Program-made: the position numbers and the translations under genes
The notes under the pieces: model-generated
Databases searched by the model: none
What the model was told of the DNA's origin: nothing
What the model saw: only the letters and a program-made list of their open reading frames with translations
Assembly (NCBI GenBank): GCA_025920425.1
Contig: JAPDLS010000001.1
Coordinates: 308,484-372,483, forward strand
Length of the DNA: 64,000 nt
Direction: 5' to 3'
DNA from: Candidatus Haiyanarchaeum thermophilum
Lineage (GTDB): Archaea; Nanobdellota; Nanobdellia; JAPDLS01; Haiyanarchaeaceae
In this document: positions 11,262 through 21,310 of the stretch, piece by piece
Layout of the letters: every line of letters begins with the position of its first letter
Numbering within the stretch: position 1 is the stretch's first letter

Positions 11262-12875
11262 ATGGTGGGGGTGGAGGAAAAAATTCTAGAGCTCTTTAGG
11301 AAGAATACAAGTGCTAAGCTCACTACTTGGCAAATTCTCACTGCAATTGATGAGAAAGCAGCCCAAATTGAGGAAATTTTGAAGAGTCCTCTTTATGGAA
11401 AAACTGAGAAGAAGCTGGCGCTCAGGGAGAAGGCTAAACTTCATAGGAGAGTACTCTATTACCTCAACAAACTAATTCGTTCAAATCTGCTAGCCACTTA
11501 TGGTGAAGTAGGAAAAGGAGAGAAAATATTTGGCTTAAACCTTACCTCTGGAGAGGAAATCACAATAGAAGGAATAAGAAAGATCAAGATTACTATCTCC
11601 AGACCCCCATTCCCCTCTCTTCCTGTTGAGGGCTATGAACAACGTGGTGTGCTTAGGAAGTATGAGGAAGGAACTTGGATAAACAGGGTAAATTCCATTC
11701 TCGTAGAGGGATCAAATCATCCGAAACTTAGCACCCTTTACAATTACATCTCAAATTGCATTTTGTTGGTAAATGATTGCCTCTACATCAGGGATTTTGA
11801 AAGGTTTCTGGAAAAAGAAAAAGATGAAATTTTCAACTTCTTTCGTGAAATTTCAAATCTAATAAATGATTTTGGTAAAAGAATTATATTTTCAATTGAT
11901 TTTTCAAAAATTCAGAAAAAACATGAGAAAAAATTAGAAAATATCGTAAAATATTGTAATTCTCTACAACAAAGACCTAATTTTGTTTTTAAGGTAAATC
12001 CAAATGAAATTTATGAAAAACTTGAGATTTTTTCTAAAATAATAGAAAATTTCTCCTCAAGTGGGGAGCCCCTTACTCTCCAAAATTCCATCTTTAGAGC
12101 TCCATATTTCAGAGGAATTTGTGGAGTATATGGTTTTGATGAGAGCGAATGGGGGGTATATGAAGAATATTCAAAGAAGATGAGTTCTATTGTTTGCTCC
12201 AACTTTACAATAGCTCTGGATATGGCCAAATTTGCCTCGGAATTCAGGTTAAGGGTAAGCTCCCTCGAAGAAGTGGTAAAAAAATGTTGCGAGGCAATGC
12301 TGATCGGAAGCTCCATCCAAAGAGAAAAGATCCAAGAATATTTCAAATTTCTCCTAAACACTAATAAGGAATGTCTGGGCTTTGTATTCGGATTTTCCAG
12401 AAATTATCTGAGGATCTGGAATTATGAATGGTTAAGGAAGAGGTTTGATGATGAGGTGATGCTCAGCGTACTCGAGAGGATCAGAAAATGCCTCAATAAT
12501 TTCTGTTCCATAGAGGAAACTATCTACAAGGCATGCGGCATGCCGATAAGGTTTAGGGTAGTGTTGGCTCAAGCCATCTATGAATATTATAGGAAATTTT
12601 TTACTGAGCCTGAGTGGGAAAGAATAGAGCTTAGACATCTTGGGGATTTATATGAAAGTCCTTCTATCAAATCCAAGTTAGTATTAGCTGAAAAAGTAGG
12701 GAGGATGCTAAATGGAGGGGCTATTCTAGAACTCTATAAACTTGGAAAGCTCAATTTGGATGAAGCTTGTAGAGAGCTTAGCTACGTGCTCACCACTTAT
12801 AGGTTCCCCATAATCTATCTCGATTTCTCTGGTGTACTTAGGAGAGATCTAAAGCTCTTAGAATTTCTAAGATGA
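11262..12875 (+). CDS. hypothetical protein (537 aa)
   Basis: Long ORF, no recognizable motif; stop overlaps start of ThyA-like gene (ATGA). Confidence 0.5.
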   Translation: MVGVEEKILELFRKNTSAKLTTWQILTAIDEKAAQIEEILKSPLYGKTEKKLALREKAKLHRRVLYYLNKLIRSNLLATYGEVGKGEKIFGLNLTSGEEITIEGIRKIKITISRPPFPSLPVEGYEQRGVLRKYEEGTWINRVNSILVEGSNHPKLSTLYNYISNCILLVNDCLYIRDFERFLEKEKDEIFNFFREISNLINDFGKRIIFSIDFSKIQKKHEKKLENIVKYCNSLQQRPNFVFKVNPNEIYEKLEIFSKIIENFSSSGEPLTLQNSIFRAPYFRGICGVYGFDESEWGVYEEYSKKMSSIVCSNFTIALDMAKFASEFRLRVSSLEEVVKKCCEAMLIGSSIQREKIQEYFKFLLNTNKECLGFVFGFSRNYLRIWNYEWLRKRFDDEVMLSVLERIRKCLNNFCSIEETIYKACGMPIRFRVVLAQAIYEYYRKFFTEPEWERIELRHLGDLYESPSIKSKLVLAEKVGRMLNGGAILELYKLGKLNLDEACRELSYVLTTYRFPIIYLDFSGVLRRDLKLLEFLR

Positions 12876-13525
12876 AGTACATAATTGCCTCGGATGCAGC
12901 TGAAGCTTGGAAGTTGGCATTGAAATTAGTACTGGAGAATGGAAAGGATTTCGTAGATTATGATGGGAGGATATGTAGAGAAGTGCTAAATATGGGGATT
13001 GAGATAAGGAATCCTAAGGATAGTATAGCTAAGCCCATTGGAATTCTCTCCAACTTAGGAATTGGAGCCTATCCTTTAATAGATGAAGTAATCGAAACTC
13101 TATTCAGAAAGGATAATCCTGGTGTCTATGATTATTGCTATGGCCCAAGGATTTTTAATTATCATGGTGTAGACCAGATTCACAACTATATAATTCCTCT
13201 CCTTAAGACGAATCCAAACTCTAGGAGGGCAGTAATTTCCCTCTGGGATCCTACTGAGGATTCAAAGGTAGATAGAAGAAATGTAGTAAGCTGGATGGTG
13301 AGTGATTTCAAGATAAGGGAAAATAAACTAAATCTCACGTTCTACGGAAGGAGCATAGATCTCTTTATAGGCTGGCCCGTGAATGTATATCAGCAGTATA
13401 TCTTGATGGAAAAAGTTGCGAGGGAAGTAAATGTGGGAATAGGAAGCCTTACTACGATGATCTCAAGTGCCCACATTTTCCTAGAATATGGAGATAAGAT
13501 AAATAGAGTGCTTAGAATGAGATGA
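12872..13525 (+). CDS. thymidylate synthase (ThyA)-like protein, short archaeal form
   Basis: SRRAVISLWDP aligns with ThyA SRRIIVSAWNP; GRSIDLFIGWPVNVYQQYILMEKVA aligns with [25 protein letters not shown]; no Cys at PCH position. Confidence 0.6.
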   Translation: MKYIIASDAAEAWKLALKLVLENGKDFVDYDGRICREVLNMGIEIRNPKDSIAKPIGILSNLGIGAYPLIDEVIETLFRKDNPGVYDYCYGPRIFNYHGVDQIHNYIIPLLKTNPNSRRAVISLWDPTEDSKVDRRNVVSWMVSDFKIRENKLNLTFYGRSIDLFIGWPVNVYQQYILMEKVAREVNVGIGSLTTMISSAHIFLEYGDKINRVLRMR

Positions 13526-14524
13526 TCAAAGCCTTATCTTAAATCCCTTACTCAGCGCATATTCTACTACCTCCCTGTATTCATCGAACCTCAGAAATCT
13601 ACTGATCTCCTTATGCTTCATAGCTTTATATTCAGGCCTATATTGATCCATGAGATTCAAATATACATCTGTTCCAAGCTGCTTCTCTATCCAATCTATC
13701 ACCGGTTTTGAGCAGCAAACTATGTGATTTGGGAGGATCAAATGTCTTATTATCAGTTCGCATTGTTTCGCAGCTAGCAAGTGGTTTCTACTCACTACCT
13801 CCATATATTTTGGTACATTGCTTAACCTCAGAGCACATTCATCATTTCCATACTTGAAATCTGTAAGGTAAATATCTATTACTCCATCCAAGATCTGCAT
13901 GAGCTCCCTACTCATGTACATATTTGAATTCCATACTATTGGTATATTCGCCTTAAGCTCCCTCAGTACCTCCAAGATATATGCTGCATTTGGGGTTGGC
14001 TCCCCTCCTACTAGATTCAAGTTTCTAGAACCTCCTTTGAATCTAAACTCGATTATCCTTGATAGCTCTACAGGTTCAATTATTGCTCCATTTTCAGGAT
14101 ACTGGGAAATGTCCCAATTCTGGCAAAAGACACAGTTGAAATTGCATCCTGCGAAGAAAATCGTATGGCTAGGCACAAGTTCTGGCTCCTCTCCAAAGTG
14201 TAGGAACTCGCTTGCTACTCTAGCTTCCCTGACCCTGCAGAACCCTATTTCTCCCTCCCCTCTATTTACTCCACATCTGCGCTCACACAAATTGCAGCTT
14301 TTGCTATAGTCTTGAAGAATTGAGAGCTTAAGATCTAAGAGATTTGGTTTAGCCTCACAATCCTCTACTTTTTCCCTCCTCTCTCTCAACTCCTCCATTT
14401 TTTCGGCATGAATCTCAAGTTTTTCATCTAAGGAAGATGGAATTCTATCCACTTGAATTCTCTTAGCTATTTGAAAATTTGGTAAGACTTCTCCTCTCAA
14501 GATCTTGAAGTATCTCTCCAGCAT
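13526..14524 (-). CDS. radical SAM protein, PflX/PflA-like
   Basis: CNFNCVFC (Cx3Cx2C) radical SAM cluster motif; N-terminal extra Cys cluster CNLCERRCGV..FC. Confidence 0.75.
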   Translation of the reverse strand: MLERYFKILRGEVLPNFQIAKRIQVDRIPSSLDEKLEIHAEKMEELRERREKVEDCEAKPNLLDLKLSILQDYSKSCNLCERRCGVNRGEGEIGFCRVREARVASEFLHFGEEPELVPSHTIFFAGCNFNCVFCQNWDISQYPENGAIIEPVELSRIIEFRFKGGSRNLNLVGGEPTPNAAYILEVLRELKANIPIVWNSNMYMSRELMQILDGVIDIYLTDFKYGNDECALRLSNVPKYMEVVSRNHLLAAKQCELIIRHLILPNHIVCCSKPVIDWIEKQLGTDVYLNLMDQYRPEYKAMKHKEISRFLRFDEYREVVEYALSKGFKIRL

Positions 14525-14552
14525 ATCTTTGAAAAAGCTTATAATTTAAAAA

Positions 14553-14753
14553 ATGCTTTCCATGCTCATGATCGAGCAACTTAGTAGTTTTGTGACTGCT
14601 CTCTATGGACTGTTACTCATACTAGTAATAGGAATGTTCCTCTTCAGGCTTCTGCCTATTGAGCTCCTTGCCGCCCTTCTAGGAGTACTATCTATTTCAT
14701 TCCCCATCTTAATGCTTCTCATTTCAGCACATCCTAGATTTCTGAAGCGCTAG
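14553..14753 (+). CDS. small two-TM membrane protein (uncertain)
   Basis: 66-aa hydrophobic ORF in intergenic space between two minus-strand genes. Confidence 0.25.
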   Translation: MLSMLMIEQLSSFVTALYGLLLILVIGMFLFRLLPIELLAALLGVLSISFPILMLLISAHPRFLKR

Positions 14754-15931
14754 CTGATTATCTTCACTACATCCAAGTGCCTTAACTTGTATTCTTTACC
14801 TAGAAGCTTGGAACTTCTACAGTCTACTGCCCTTACGAACCTTTCTCCTATCATACTATGGATCTTATATGCTAAGTCCAATATCGTCGTCCCATTTGGC
14901 ATCACGATCGCATCTGGAAGCACATTCCCTTTGGTATCGGTAAGCTTATGTTCATCTGCGACAGGGAATACTACCACACATTTAAGCAAGCCTAATACAG
15001 CTTCGTTCAAAACTTCTTGGACTCCAGTACTTCCAAAGCGCTTGAGGATCTTAGAATCTATCAGCTCAAGAGCTCTAGCTTGGGCTTCATCTACCTTTAT
15101 CACCTCAAAATGATCATCCCCTGGAATGTACTTGATCATCCCCTTCCTAGCAGCCTGTCTAAGGGCAAGTTCAGCCTCAGCGCAGCATGGAATAACCCTC
15201 AATTCAGGGAACTCCTTTTTAAGTCTCTCTAAGTTTTGAGTAGCTCCAGGAAGATCTATCTTGTTTGCCGCTATTATCATTGGCTTTGCCAACTTCCTCA
15301 GATTCTTAAGGAATTTCCTCAACTCTTCCTCTCCCCAATCCTTAGGATCCATCTCATCCAATCCGCAGGAGTGTAGGGTAGCAGTAATATGGTCTAGGCT
15401 TATTCCAAGTCCGCTCAACTGCCTAGCGAGATTCTTCGCAAATTCCTCTCCCTTGATGGAACTTACCCTTACTATTCTATCAAAATGTTGGCTTACTATG
15501 GAGAATATCCATTCATCCAACTCCTGCTCCACGAATCTTACATCATTACATGGGTCATATCCTGTTGTGGGATTCCCATTTTCATCGGTAGTGCCAGAGA
15601 TATCTACCACATGGATCAAGCAGTCAGCCTGCCTCAGATCATCCAAAAACTTATTCCCGAGCCCCCTTCCGAGATGGGCTCCTGGAACTAAGCCAGCTAC
15701 ATCGAGTATTTCCACAGGAGCAAATCTATTCCCATCTATGCAGAAGGAATTTACTGGATTGCACTTTAGCTTAAACTCCGTGCAGGGACATCTTACCCTC
15801 ACATAGGCTATTCCCCTATTCGGTTTTATTGTAGTAAATGGTCTTGGAGAAATCTCAACCTCAGCCAATGTAAGTGCCTTGAAGAGGGTGGACTTACCAA
15901 CATTGGTTTTGCCTATCACCCCTATGAGCAT
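14750..15931 (-). CDS. Obg-family GTPase with C-terminal TGS domain (YchF/Ygr210-like)
   Basis: P-loop GKTNVGKST, G-domain motifs, C-terminal TGS-like segment (GTTILDLAYKIHSMIGERF..). Confidence 0.8.
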   Translation of the reverse strand: MLIGVIGKTNVGKSTLFKALTLAEVEISPRPFTTIKPNRGIAYVRVRCPCTEFKLKCNPVNSFCIDGNRFAPVEILDVAGLVPGAHLGRGLGNKFLDDLRQADCLIHVVDISGTTDENGNPTTGYDPCNDVRFVEQELDEWIFSIVSQHFDRIVRVSSIKGEEFAKNLARQLSGLGISLDHITATLHSCGLDEMDPKDWGEEELRKFLKNLRKLAKPMIIAANKIDLPGATQNLERLKKEFPELRVIPCCAEAELALRQAARKGMIKYIPGDDHFEVIKVDEAQARALELIDSKILKRFGSTGVQEVLNEAVLGLLKCVVVFPVADEHKLTDTKGNVLPDAIVMPNGTTILDLAYKIHSMIGERFVRAVDCRSSKLLGKEYKLRHLDVVKIIS

Positions 15932-16013
15932 TCAAAGAAAAAGAATGCCCTAAATAAAGCTTTTTACGGAAAATTTATTTAAAGAACTAATCTCACATGA
16001 GATAACTAGTTAT

Positions 16014-16754
16014 ATGATCAGCTTCATCGTTCCGACCCTCCCGGATGAACCGTATCTCAAGCATACCTTAAATTCTATACTTGAGGAGATAGATCGTAAT
16101 CCTCTAGAGAATATGGAAGTAATTGTCGTTGGAAAGGATAACGAAAGCAGAAACTTGGCCAAGCTTATGGAACAACTAAGCTCTCCATACATCAGGTATT
16201 TCGATATTGATGGAAACCGATCAGAAGCGAGAAATTTCGGAATCCGAATGGCTAGGAACAATTTTCTTACCTTCGTGGATGCTGACACCATAATAGGAAG
16301 GAATTTCATCCCAATAACGCTGGATGACTTTAGATCCAACTATGCCTATATCCTTTATTCCACCCTCCCTTTAGAGCAAAGTTACTTAGGCTTCATTGGC
16401 ACTAAGTTCATAGATGTGAATGCTTACCTCATCCAGATGATTAGAAAGCATAGATTTCCAGGTTACTGCTGCTCATTGAGAAAAGATATCCTAGAGAAAG
16501 TAAAGGTAGGAAATGAGTATTTCTTGAAGAGGATGGCAGGGCATGGTGAGGATAGTGAACTAGCAAGCAGATATGGTAAATTCTGTCGCTCGTATGGATT
16601 ACGGGGAAGATTTGAGAGAAGAGTAAAGGTATACACTTCAGTTCGTGAACTGAAGAGAGCTGGAGTAGGAAAGGCTCTTGCTCGATTGGCTGTTGATACC
16701 ACTTTAGGAGTTGTCTGGAAAAGGCCTGTCCTGCGCAACTGGAGAGAACTCTAG
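16014..16754 (+). CDS. family 2 glycosyltransferase
   Basis: N-terminal ISFIVPTLPDE..., DAD motif (FVDADTII). Confidence 0.7.
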   Translation: MISFIVPTLPDEPYLKHTLNSILEEIDRNPLENMEVIVVGKDNESRNLAKLMEQLSSPYIRYFDIDGNRSEARNFGIRMARNNFLTFVDADTIIGRNFIPITLDDFRSNYAYILYSTLPLEQSYLGFIGTKFIDVNAYLIQMIRKHRFPGYCCSLRKDILEKVKVGNEYFLKRMAGHGEDSELASRYGKFCRSYGLRGRFERRVKVYTSVRELKRAGVGKALARLAVDTTLGVVWKRPVLRNWREL

Positions 16755-16811
16755 CGAAAGCTTTTTAAATAAAAATTTGCTTAGAGATTAAGCGAAATCT
16801 TTAAAAAACTT

Positions 16812-17750
16812 GTGGTTAAGATGGGGAAAAAGGATTCAAAGATGAAGTGCCCAGAATGTGGATCTACTAGGATCATAGAGGACCCTCATAGGGGAGAATT
16901 ACTCTGCGGAAGGTGTGGCTATATCCTAGAGATGAAAGTGGATTTCTCCCAGGATTGGAGAGAATTTGACCAGAGGCTTTCTGCTGAGAAGAGAAGGGCA
17001 GGAGCTCCCCTTACTTACACCAAACCAGATATGGGCCTCAGCACTAAAGTCGGAAAGGCCTCTGAGATAGAGAAGATACAGAAGAGGAGAGGAGTGTACA
17101 AGAGAATTGAGAAATGGCAAAGTAGAATTTATACTGCTCTAGAGAGGAATCTGAAGTTGAGTACAGCAGAGCTGAGGAGGGCTGCCAGCATTCTATCCCT
17201 CCCCAAATCTGTGGAAGAGGAGGCCGGTAAGATCTACAGGAGTGCTGCAAGTAAGGGCTTAGTGAGGGGGAGAAGTATGGAAAGTGTAGTAGCTGGCTCT
17301 ATCTACGCTGCATGCCGCATCTGTGGAGTACCTAGGACCTTGGAGGAAATTGGAAAGGCCTTTCCAAGCTTAGATAAGAAAGATATAGGAAAAACCTATC
17401 GCTTCGTATGCAGAGAGCTTGGAATAAGGATCCTCCCCACCTCTCCAGTGGATTACATAAATAGATTTGCTGCTGAGCTCAAATTGAGTCAGAGGACAGT
17501 AAGTAAGGCTCTGGAGATCCTAGATAAGGCTACAAAGCGTGAGATCACCTCAGGAAGAGGCCCAATGGGTGTAGCAGCGGCTACCTTGTATGTAGCTAGT
17601 TTGATCTGTGGGGAAAAGAGAACACAGCGCGAGGTAGCAGACGTAGCTGGGGTTACAGAAGTTACTATTAGGAACAGATACAAGGAACTCATTGAAAAGC
17701 TTAACTTGGAAGAGGAAATCAAGAAGTCTAAGGAAAAAATTGCTCAGTAA
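16812..17750 (+). CDS. tfb: transcription initiation factor IIB
   Basis: N-terminal Zn ribbon CPECGS..CGRCG, two cyclin folds, 312 aa. Confidence 0.9.
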   Translation: MVKMGKKDSKMKCPECGSTRIIEDPHRGELLCGRCGYILEMKVDFSQDWREFDQRLSAEKRRAGAPLTYTKPDMGLSTKVGKASEIEKIQKRRGVYKRIEKWQSRIYTALERNLKLSTAELRRAASILSLPKSVEEEAGKIYRSAASKGLVRGRSMESVVAGSIYAACRICGVPRTLEEIGKAFPSLDKKDIGKTYRFVCRELGIRILPTSPVDYINRFAAELKLSQRTVSKALEILDKATKREITSGRGPMGVAAATLYVASLICGEKRTQREVADVAGVTEVTIRNRYKELIEKLNLEEEIKKSKEKIAQ

Positions 17751-18855
17751 TTCTTTTTATTTCTAAATTTGTTCTGAATCCTTTTGGTGAAAAGATCGTT
17801 CTGGAAGCCTCTCCTATTTCCTTCAACCTCCCTACAAGTTCCTCCACTTTTGGTTCCATCAATTTGAATTTGCTGGAAAATTCGGTGGTGATATAGTGAT
17901 ATGGAATCTTTACATTTGTTTCCTCAGCAGCGATCTCTAGCAATTTCTTAATCCTCAGGTCCTCTGTATTTCTTAACATTTTTGAGATGACCATTGGGTT
18001 TAATATCTCTCCTAGGAAGATGGGTCCTATTACCTTATTTGCAGCACCACACTCACATCTCTCTTCATATTTGAATCCATACCACACTTTCCTTTGCAGA
18101 CAATTTTCACAATAAGTGAGGAAACCACATTGCTCCAGTAACCTCAAGGCTTTTTGCGCTCCAAGTTCCTTCTGAAAATAGATCCTCAGATAATGTTTCT
18201 CTGCATGGGCAAAGATAGGATACATAGCGAACTCATGCTGAGCTCCCACTTCGATGATGCGTTTGCATAGAATTCTCACCCCAACTTCTCTCATGAATGG
18301 AGTTTTCTCTGTTAAGGAAAAATAACCCTTCAGGCAAGCTTTCTTACGTACTCCATAGAGTACTGGAGTATCAGTAGCTGTTACTGCTAGGATTCCTCTC
18401 CTCCTTATCTTTAGCATCGAAGCCTCCAAGAAAGGATTTGGAGAGCCAAAGGGATCAACATCTATGTAATCGAAATACTCATTTAAAGAGTGCAGGAGTT
18501 TATTAGCTTCTTCATTTAGGAGTTTGACCTCACACCTAAGCTTCTGCTTATTCCTCTTCCAGTTTTTGACCATCCATTCATATGCTCTCTTGCTTCCATC
18601 ATTGAGATAAATCCTCTCTATGCCATCCACTTCACACCCAAACCTTAATCCTCTCACTCCACTGGCAGCTAGGAGATCTAATACCACTATCTTTCTAGGG
18701 ATAATTTCAGCTAGTGCTCTTAGAAAGATTACTGAGATGTCTCTATCCAGCCGTTTCATAGGATTGTAGAAGACCTCCATTTTCTTTGGGGACCTCTGGA
18801 ATGTCCTTGGAAGAATAAGTTCAACCTCCCCCTCTCTTACATGGATTTCCTCCAT
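17728..18855 (-). CDS. trm1: tRNA (guanine26-N2)-dimethyltransferase Trm1
   Basis: SAM-MTase core (VLDLLAASGVRGLRF), Cys cluster CENCLQ..CECG typical of Trm1, 375 aa. Confidence 0.85.
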   Translation of the reverse strand: MEEIHVREGEVELILPRTFQRSPKKMEVFYNPMKRLDRDISVIFLRALAEIIPRKIVVLDLLAASGVRGLRFGCEVDGIERIYLNDGSKRAYEWMVKNWKRNKQKLRCEVKLLNEEANKLLHSLNEYFDYIDVDPFGSPNPFLEASMLKIRRRGILAVTATDTPVLYGVRKKACLKGYFSLTEKTPFMREVGVRILCKRIIEVGAQHEFAMYPIFAHAEKHYLRIYFQKELGAQKALRLLEQCGFLTYCENCLQRKVWYGFKYEERCECGAANKVIGPIFLGEILNPMVISKMLRNTEDLRIKKLLEIAAEETNVKIPYHYITTEFSSKFKLMEPKVEELVGRLKEIGEASRTIFSPKGFRTNLEIKRITEQFFP

Positions 18856-18863
18856 AGACCAGA

Positions 18864-19967
18864 CTATCTTTGCCCAAGGCCCTCCTTGATCAGTTTCTCC
18901 CTCTTCTCCTCCAGCTCCTCCTTCTTCTCTACCCTTATCATCCCATCTCTCCTCAACTCGTCGAATTTTCTGGCCTTCTCTACCATCTCAAACTCAAAGC
19001 TTTCCCCCCTAGCTTTTCTCAACTCTCTCAAGATTCTAGACATATCCTCGACGAACTTTTTTGCCTTCGTGAAATATTCCTCTATTTCCCTTCCACTCAC
19101 TCTCTTCCTCTCCCGATGTTCTACTGACTTGTAAAGGGAGATTATTTCCTCAGCTATCCCGACCAACTCCTCATCGATGAGCTTTCTTGGAAGCATGAAT
19201 TCCCTAAGAAAACTCACTACCTCATTTGGAGCTGGAGGCCTATATCCAAGTTCCATGAGTACAGCCTGAGCTGAGCTCACGATGGCCTGTTCCAAATCAT
19301 ATGTAAGTTTCTCTGTAACTACATTCTCCACAAGATCTAGGAGATCAAATGCTATGCTCATATGCTTATCTATGCACTCCTTAGTAGGTCTTATGTTCCC
19401 ACTTATCAGCGATCTCTGCAAAGGTAGGAAGAAACCCACATCATATACAGGAAGTCCATCTCTCAAAATATTACATATCACAGGATTTCCTTCCCGTACA
19501 TACTCCAGAAACTCACTCAGTAAGTAGGGCTGAGGATGAATTCTCTTGGAAATTGGCCTAGCCCTTTCATAAAGGTGCTGGAATAGTCTCTCCTTGAGTT
19601 CAGGTCTACTCATTCGTTGTACATCAGTATCATCTACTATCACAGCTACATCGATATCACTACTTTTTCTCTTTCCTATCCCGGTCCTACTAGATCCCCA
19701 GATAACAACTGCCTTTATATAATGTTTAAACTTCTCGAGGATACTAGCAGTATAGATCTCAACATATCTCAACTCTCTTCTGGTGAGGAAATCTCCAACA
19801 GTAACAGGCCTTCTCTCCACGATTGCTTGGGTTAACTGGGTAACTCCTGCCAAATTTCCAGGAAATCCCAATGATTTTTCCTCCTTTTTCAGATTTCTCC
19901 CTTTTTTTGAGTTTTTCTCGAATTTTTCCGGAGTTTTTCCACCAATTTCAGTTTTTTCTTCCTCCAT
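18864..19967 (-). CDS. nucleotidyltransferase (Pol-beta/minimal NTase fold) with C-terminal helical domain, paralog 1
   Basis: GSSRTGIGKRKSSDIDVAVIVDD (GS..DxD) motif; C-terminal region paralogous to 20465..21310. Confidence 0.6.
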   Translation of the reverse strand: MEEEKTEIGGKTPEKFEKNSKKGRNLKKEEKSLGFPGNLAGVTQLTQAIVERRPVTVGDFLTRRELRYVEIYTASILEKFKHYIKAVVIWGSSRTGIGKRKSSDIDVAVIVDDTDVQRMSRPELKERLFQHLYERARPISKRIHPQPYLLSEFLEYVREGNPVICNILRDGLPVYDVGFFLPLQRSLISGNIRPTKECIDKHMSIAFDLLDLVENVVTEKLTYDLEQAIVSSAQAVLMELGYRPPAPNEVVSFLREFMLPRKLIDEELVGIAEEIISLYKSVEHRERKRVSGREIEEYFTKAKKFVEDMSRILRELRKARGESFEFEMVEKARKFDELRRDGMIRVEKKEELEEKREKLIKEGLGQR

Positions 19968-20062
19968 AAACCCCTACAGATTGCCTGAGTTTATAAAGTG
20001 TGTGTTACTCCAAGATAGAAATGCTTAAATATAAGTAGAACTTACTAGAAAGTGGTGATAAT

Positions 20063-20428
20063 ATGGCACAAGATACCATTGAAAATCTGGAGAAGATAGC
20101 TGCTGCTACCTCTGTAATTCAGCCCCTGAGAGAGATAAAGTTAGATGATATACTAGGAGCAGTATGGAACCCATTCCTAGATGAGTACCAGAATCACCCA
20201 TTAGTACCTTATTTAAGTAGCTTCCTCAGAGCTGCCCATATAGCTGCTTCCCAATTTTTGGGCTTAACTCCAAAAGCCTATGCAGATCTCATCACCATTT
20301 GGGAAGGTAAGGGAGTGTTGAGTAAGGCGAAGTCAGAATTTGAGAAGGCCCTAGAAAAGAAGTGGGCTACAATTGACCCCTTCCAGAAAGCTGCCGTCTT
20401 AACTGCTGTCTATCCTCTAGTTAAATAG
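20063..20428 (+). CDS. hypothetical protein (121 aa)
   Basis: ORF on opposite strand between the two NTase paralogs. Confidence 0.35.
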   Translation: MAQDTIENLEKIAAATSVIQPLREIKLDDILGAVWNPFLDEYQNHPLVPYLSSFLRAAHIAASQFLGLTPKAYADLITIWEGKGVLSKAKSEFEKALEKKWATIDPFQKAAVLTAVYPLVK

Positions 20429-20464
20429 ACCAACCCATCCTTCTGTTTTTTAAGTTTTTATCTC

Positions 20465-21310
20465 CTACGACTTCATCTCCCTCTCTACGAAATCTATGAA
20501 TTCCTGTACCTTTCTCCTACATTCATCAACTTCCTCAGGAGCAGCAGTCCTCTTTTCTCTCCTTGTAATGGCCTTCATCAAATTTATCATTTCATCTAGG
20601 GTCCTGATGTGCTTCTCCTCCACACTTATCTTCTTGACAAGTTCATTTTTAAATACATCAACTATATCCTTTGGAGAGGGCACCTCTATCTCCTCATGCA
20701 TGAGGAGTGCATGAGCCGCACTGATACATGCCCAGTAAAGATCATCGATAGCGGTGAGCATTCGCAGATCCACCAAATTTACCAAGGCCTTTGCTCTATT
20801 CAAGTAGGCATCTATTGCCTCCTTACTCGGCCTTATTCTACCCAAAAGCAATAATCTCTTGAGCGGTTCAAAGAATCTCATGTTCTCCACTATCGGCTTT
20901 CCGTCTCTCAAGATGTTTATTGCTATCGGATCAGCATGCATCACCGCATCGAACCAATCAGAGATCCCGATTGTGGTGAGATGAATTCTATCTACAGCAT
21001 TCAACCGAGCTAAGATCTCCCCTGCTCCCAGACGATAGGCTGAGATTATCTCATGGGTAATTGGAGTTGTAACATCATCTACTATTACTAGGAGATCCAG
21101 ATCGCTTTTGGCAGTAGGCCCCTCTCTTGCCCTAGAACCAAAAAGTACTACTGCTCCTATGAAACCCCCAAATTTCTGGGTGAGTTCTCTGGTGAAGTCG
21201 TAGATAAGCTTGAGATCTTCCTCATTCAGAACTCCTGGCTTTATTGCCTTAAGCCTCAATTTATGCTGCAGATCTATAAGAGCATCGAGCTTAGGTTCCA
21301 TAGATTCCAC
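20465..21310 (-). CDS. nucleotidyltransferase (Pol-beta/minimal NTase fold) with C-terminal helical domain, paralog 2
   Basis: GSRAREGPTAKSDLDLLVIVDD; shares PIAINILRDG, GRIRPSKEAID, ISAAHALLM blocks with paralog 1. Confidence 0.6.
   Translation of the reverse strand: MESMEPKLDALIDLQHKLRLKAIKPGVLNEEDLKLIYDFTRELTQKFGGFIGAVVLFGSRAREGPTAKSDLDLLVIVDDVTTPITHEIISAYRLGAGEILARLNAVDRIHLTTIGISDWFDAVMHADPIAINILRDGKPIVENMRFFEPLKRLLLLGRIRPSKEAIDAYLNRAKALVNLVDLRMLTAIDDLYWACISAAHALLMHEEIEVPSPKDIVDVFKNELVKKISVEEKHIRTLDEMINLMKAITRREKRTAAPEEVDECRRKVQEFIDFVEREMKS

Noticed and set aside
18864-21310. NTase paralogs considered as fused MNT-HEPN toxin-antitoxin
   Set aside because: No Rx4-6H HEPN motif was found in the C-terminal domains. 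Both paralogs share a KNTase-like tail instead.
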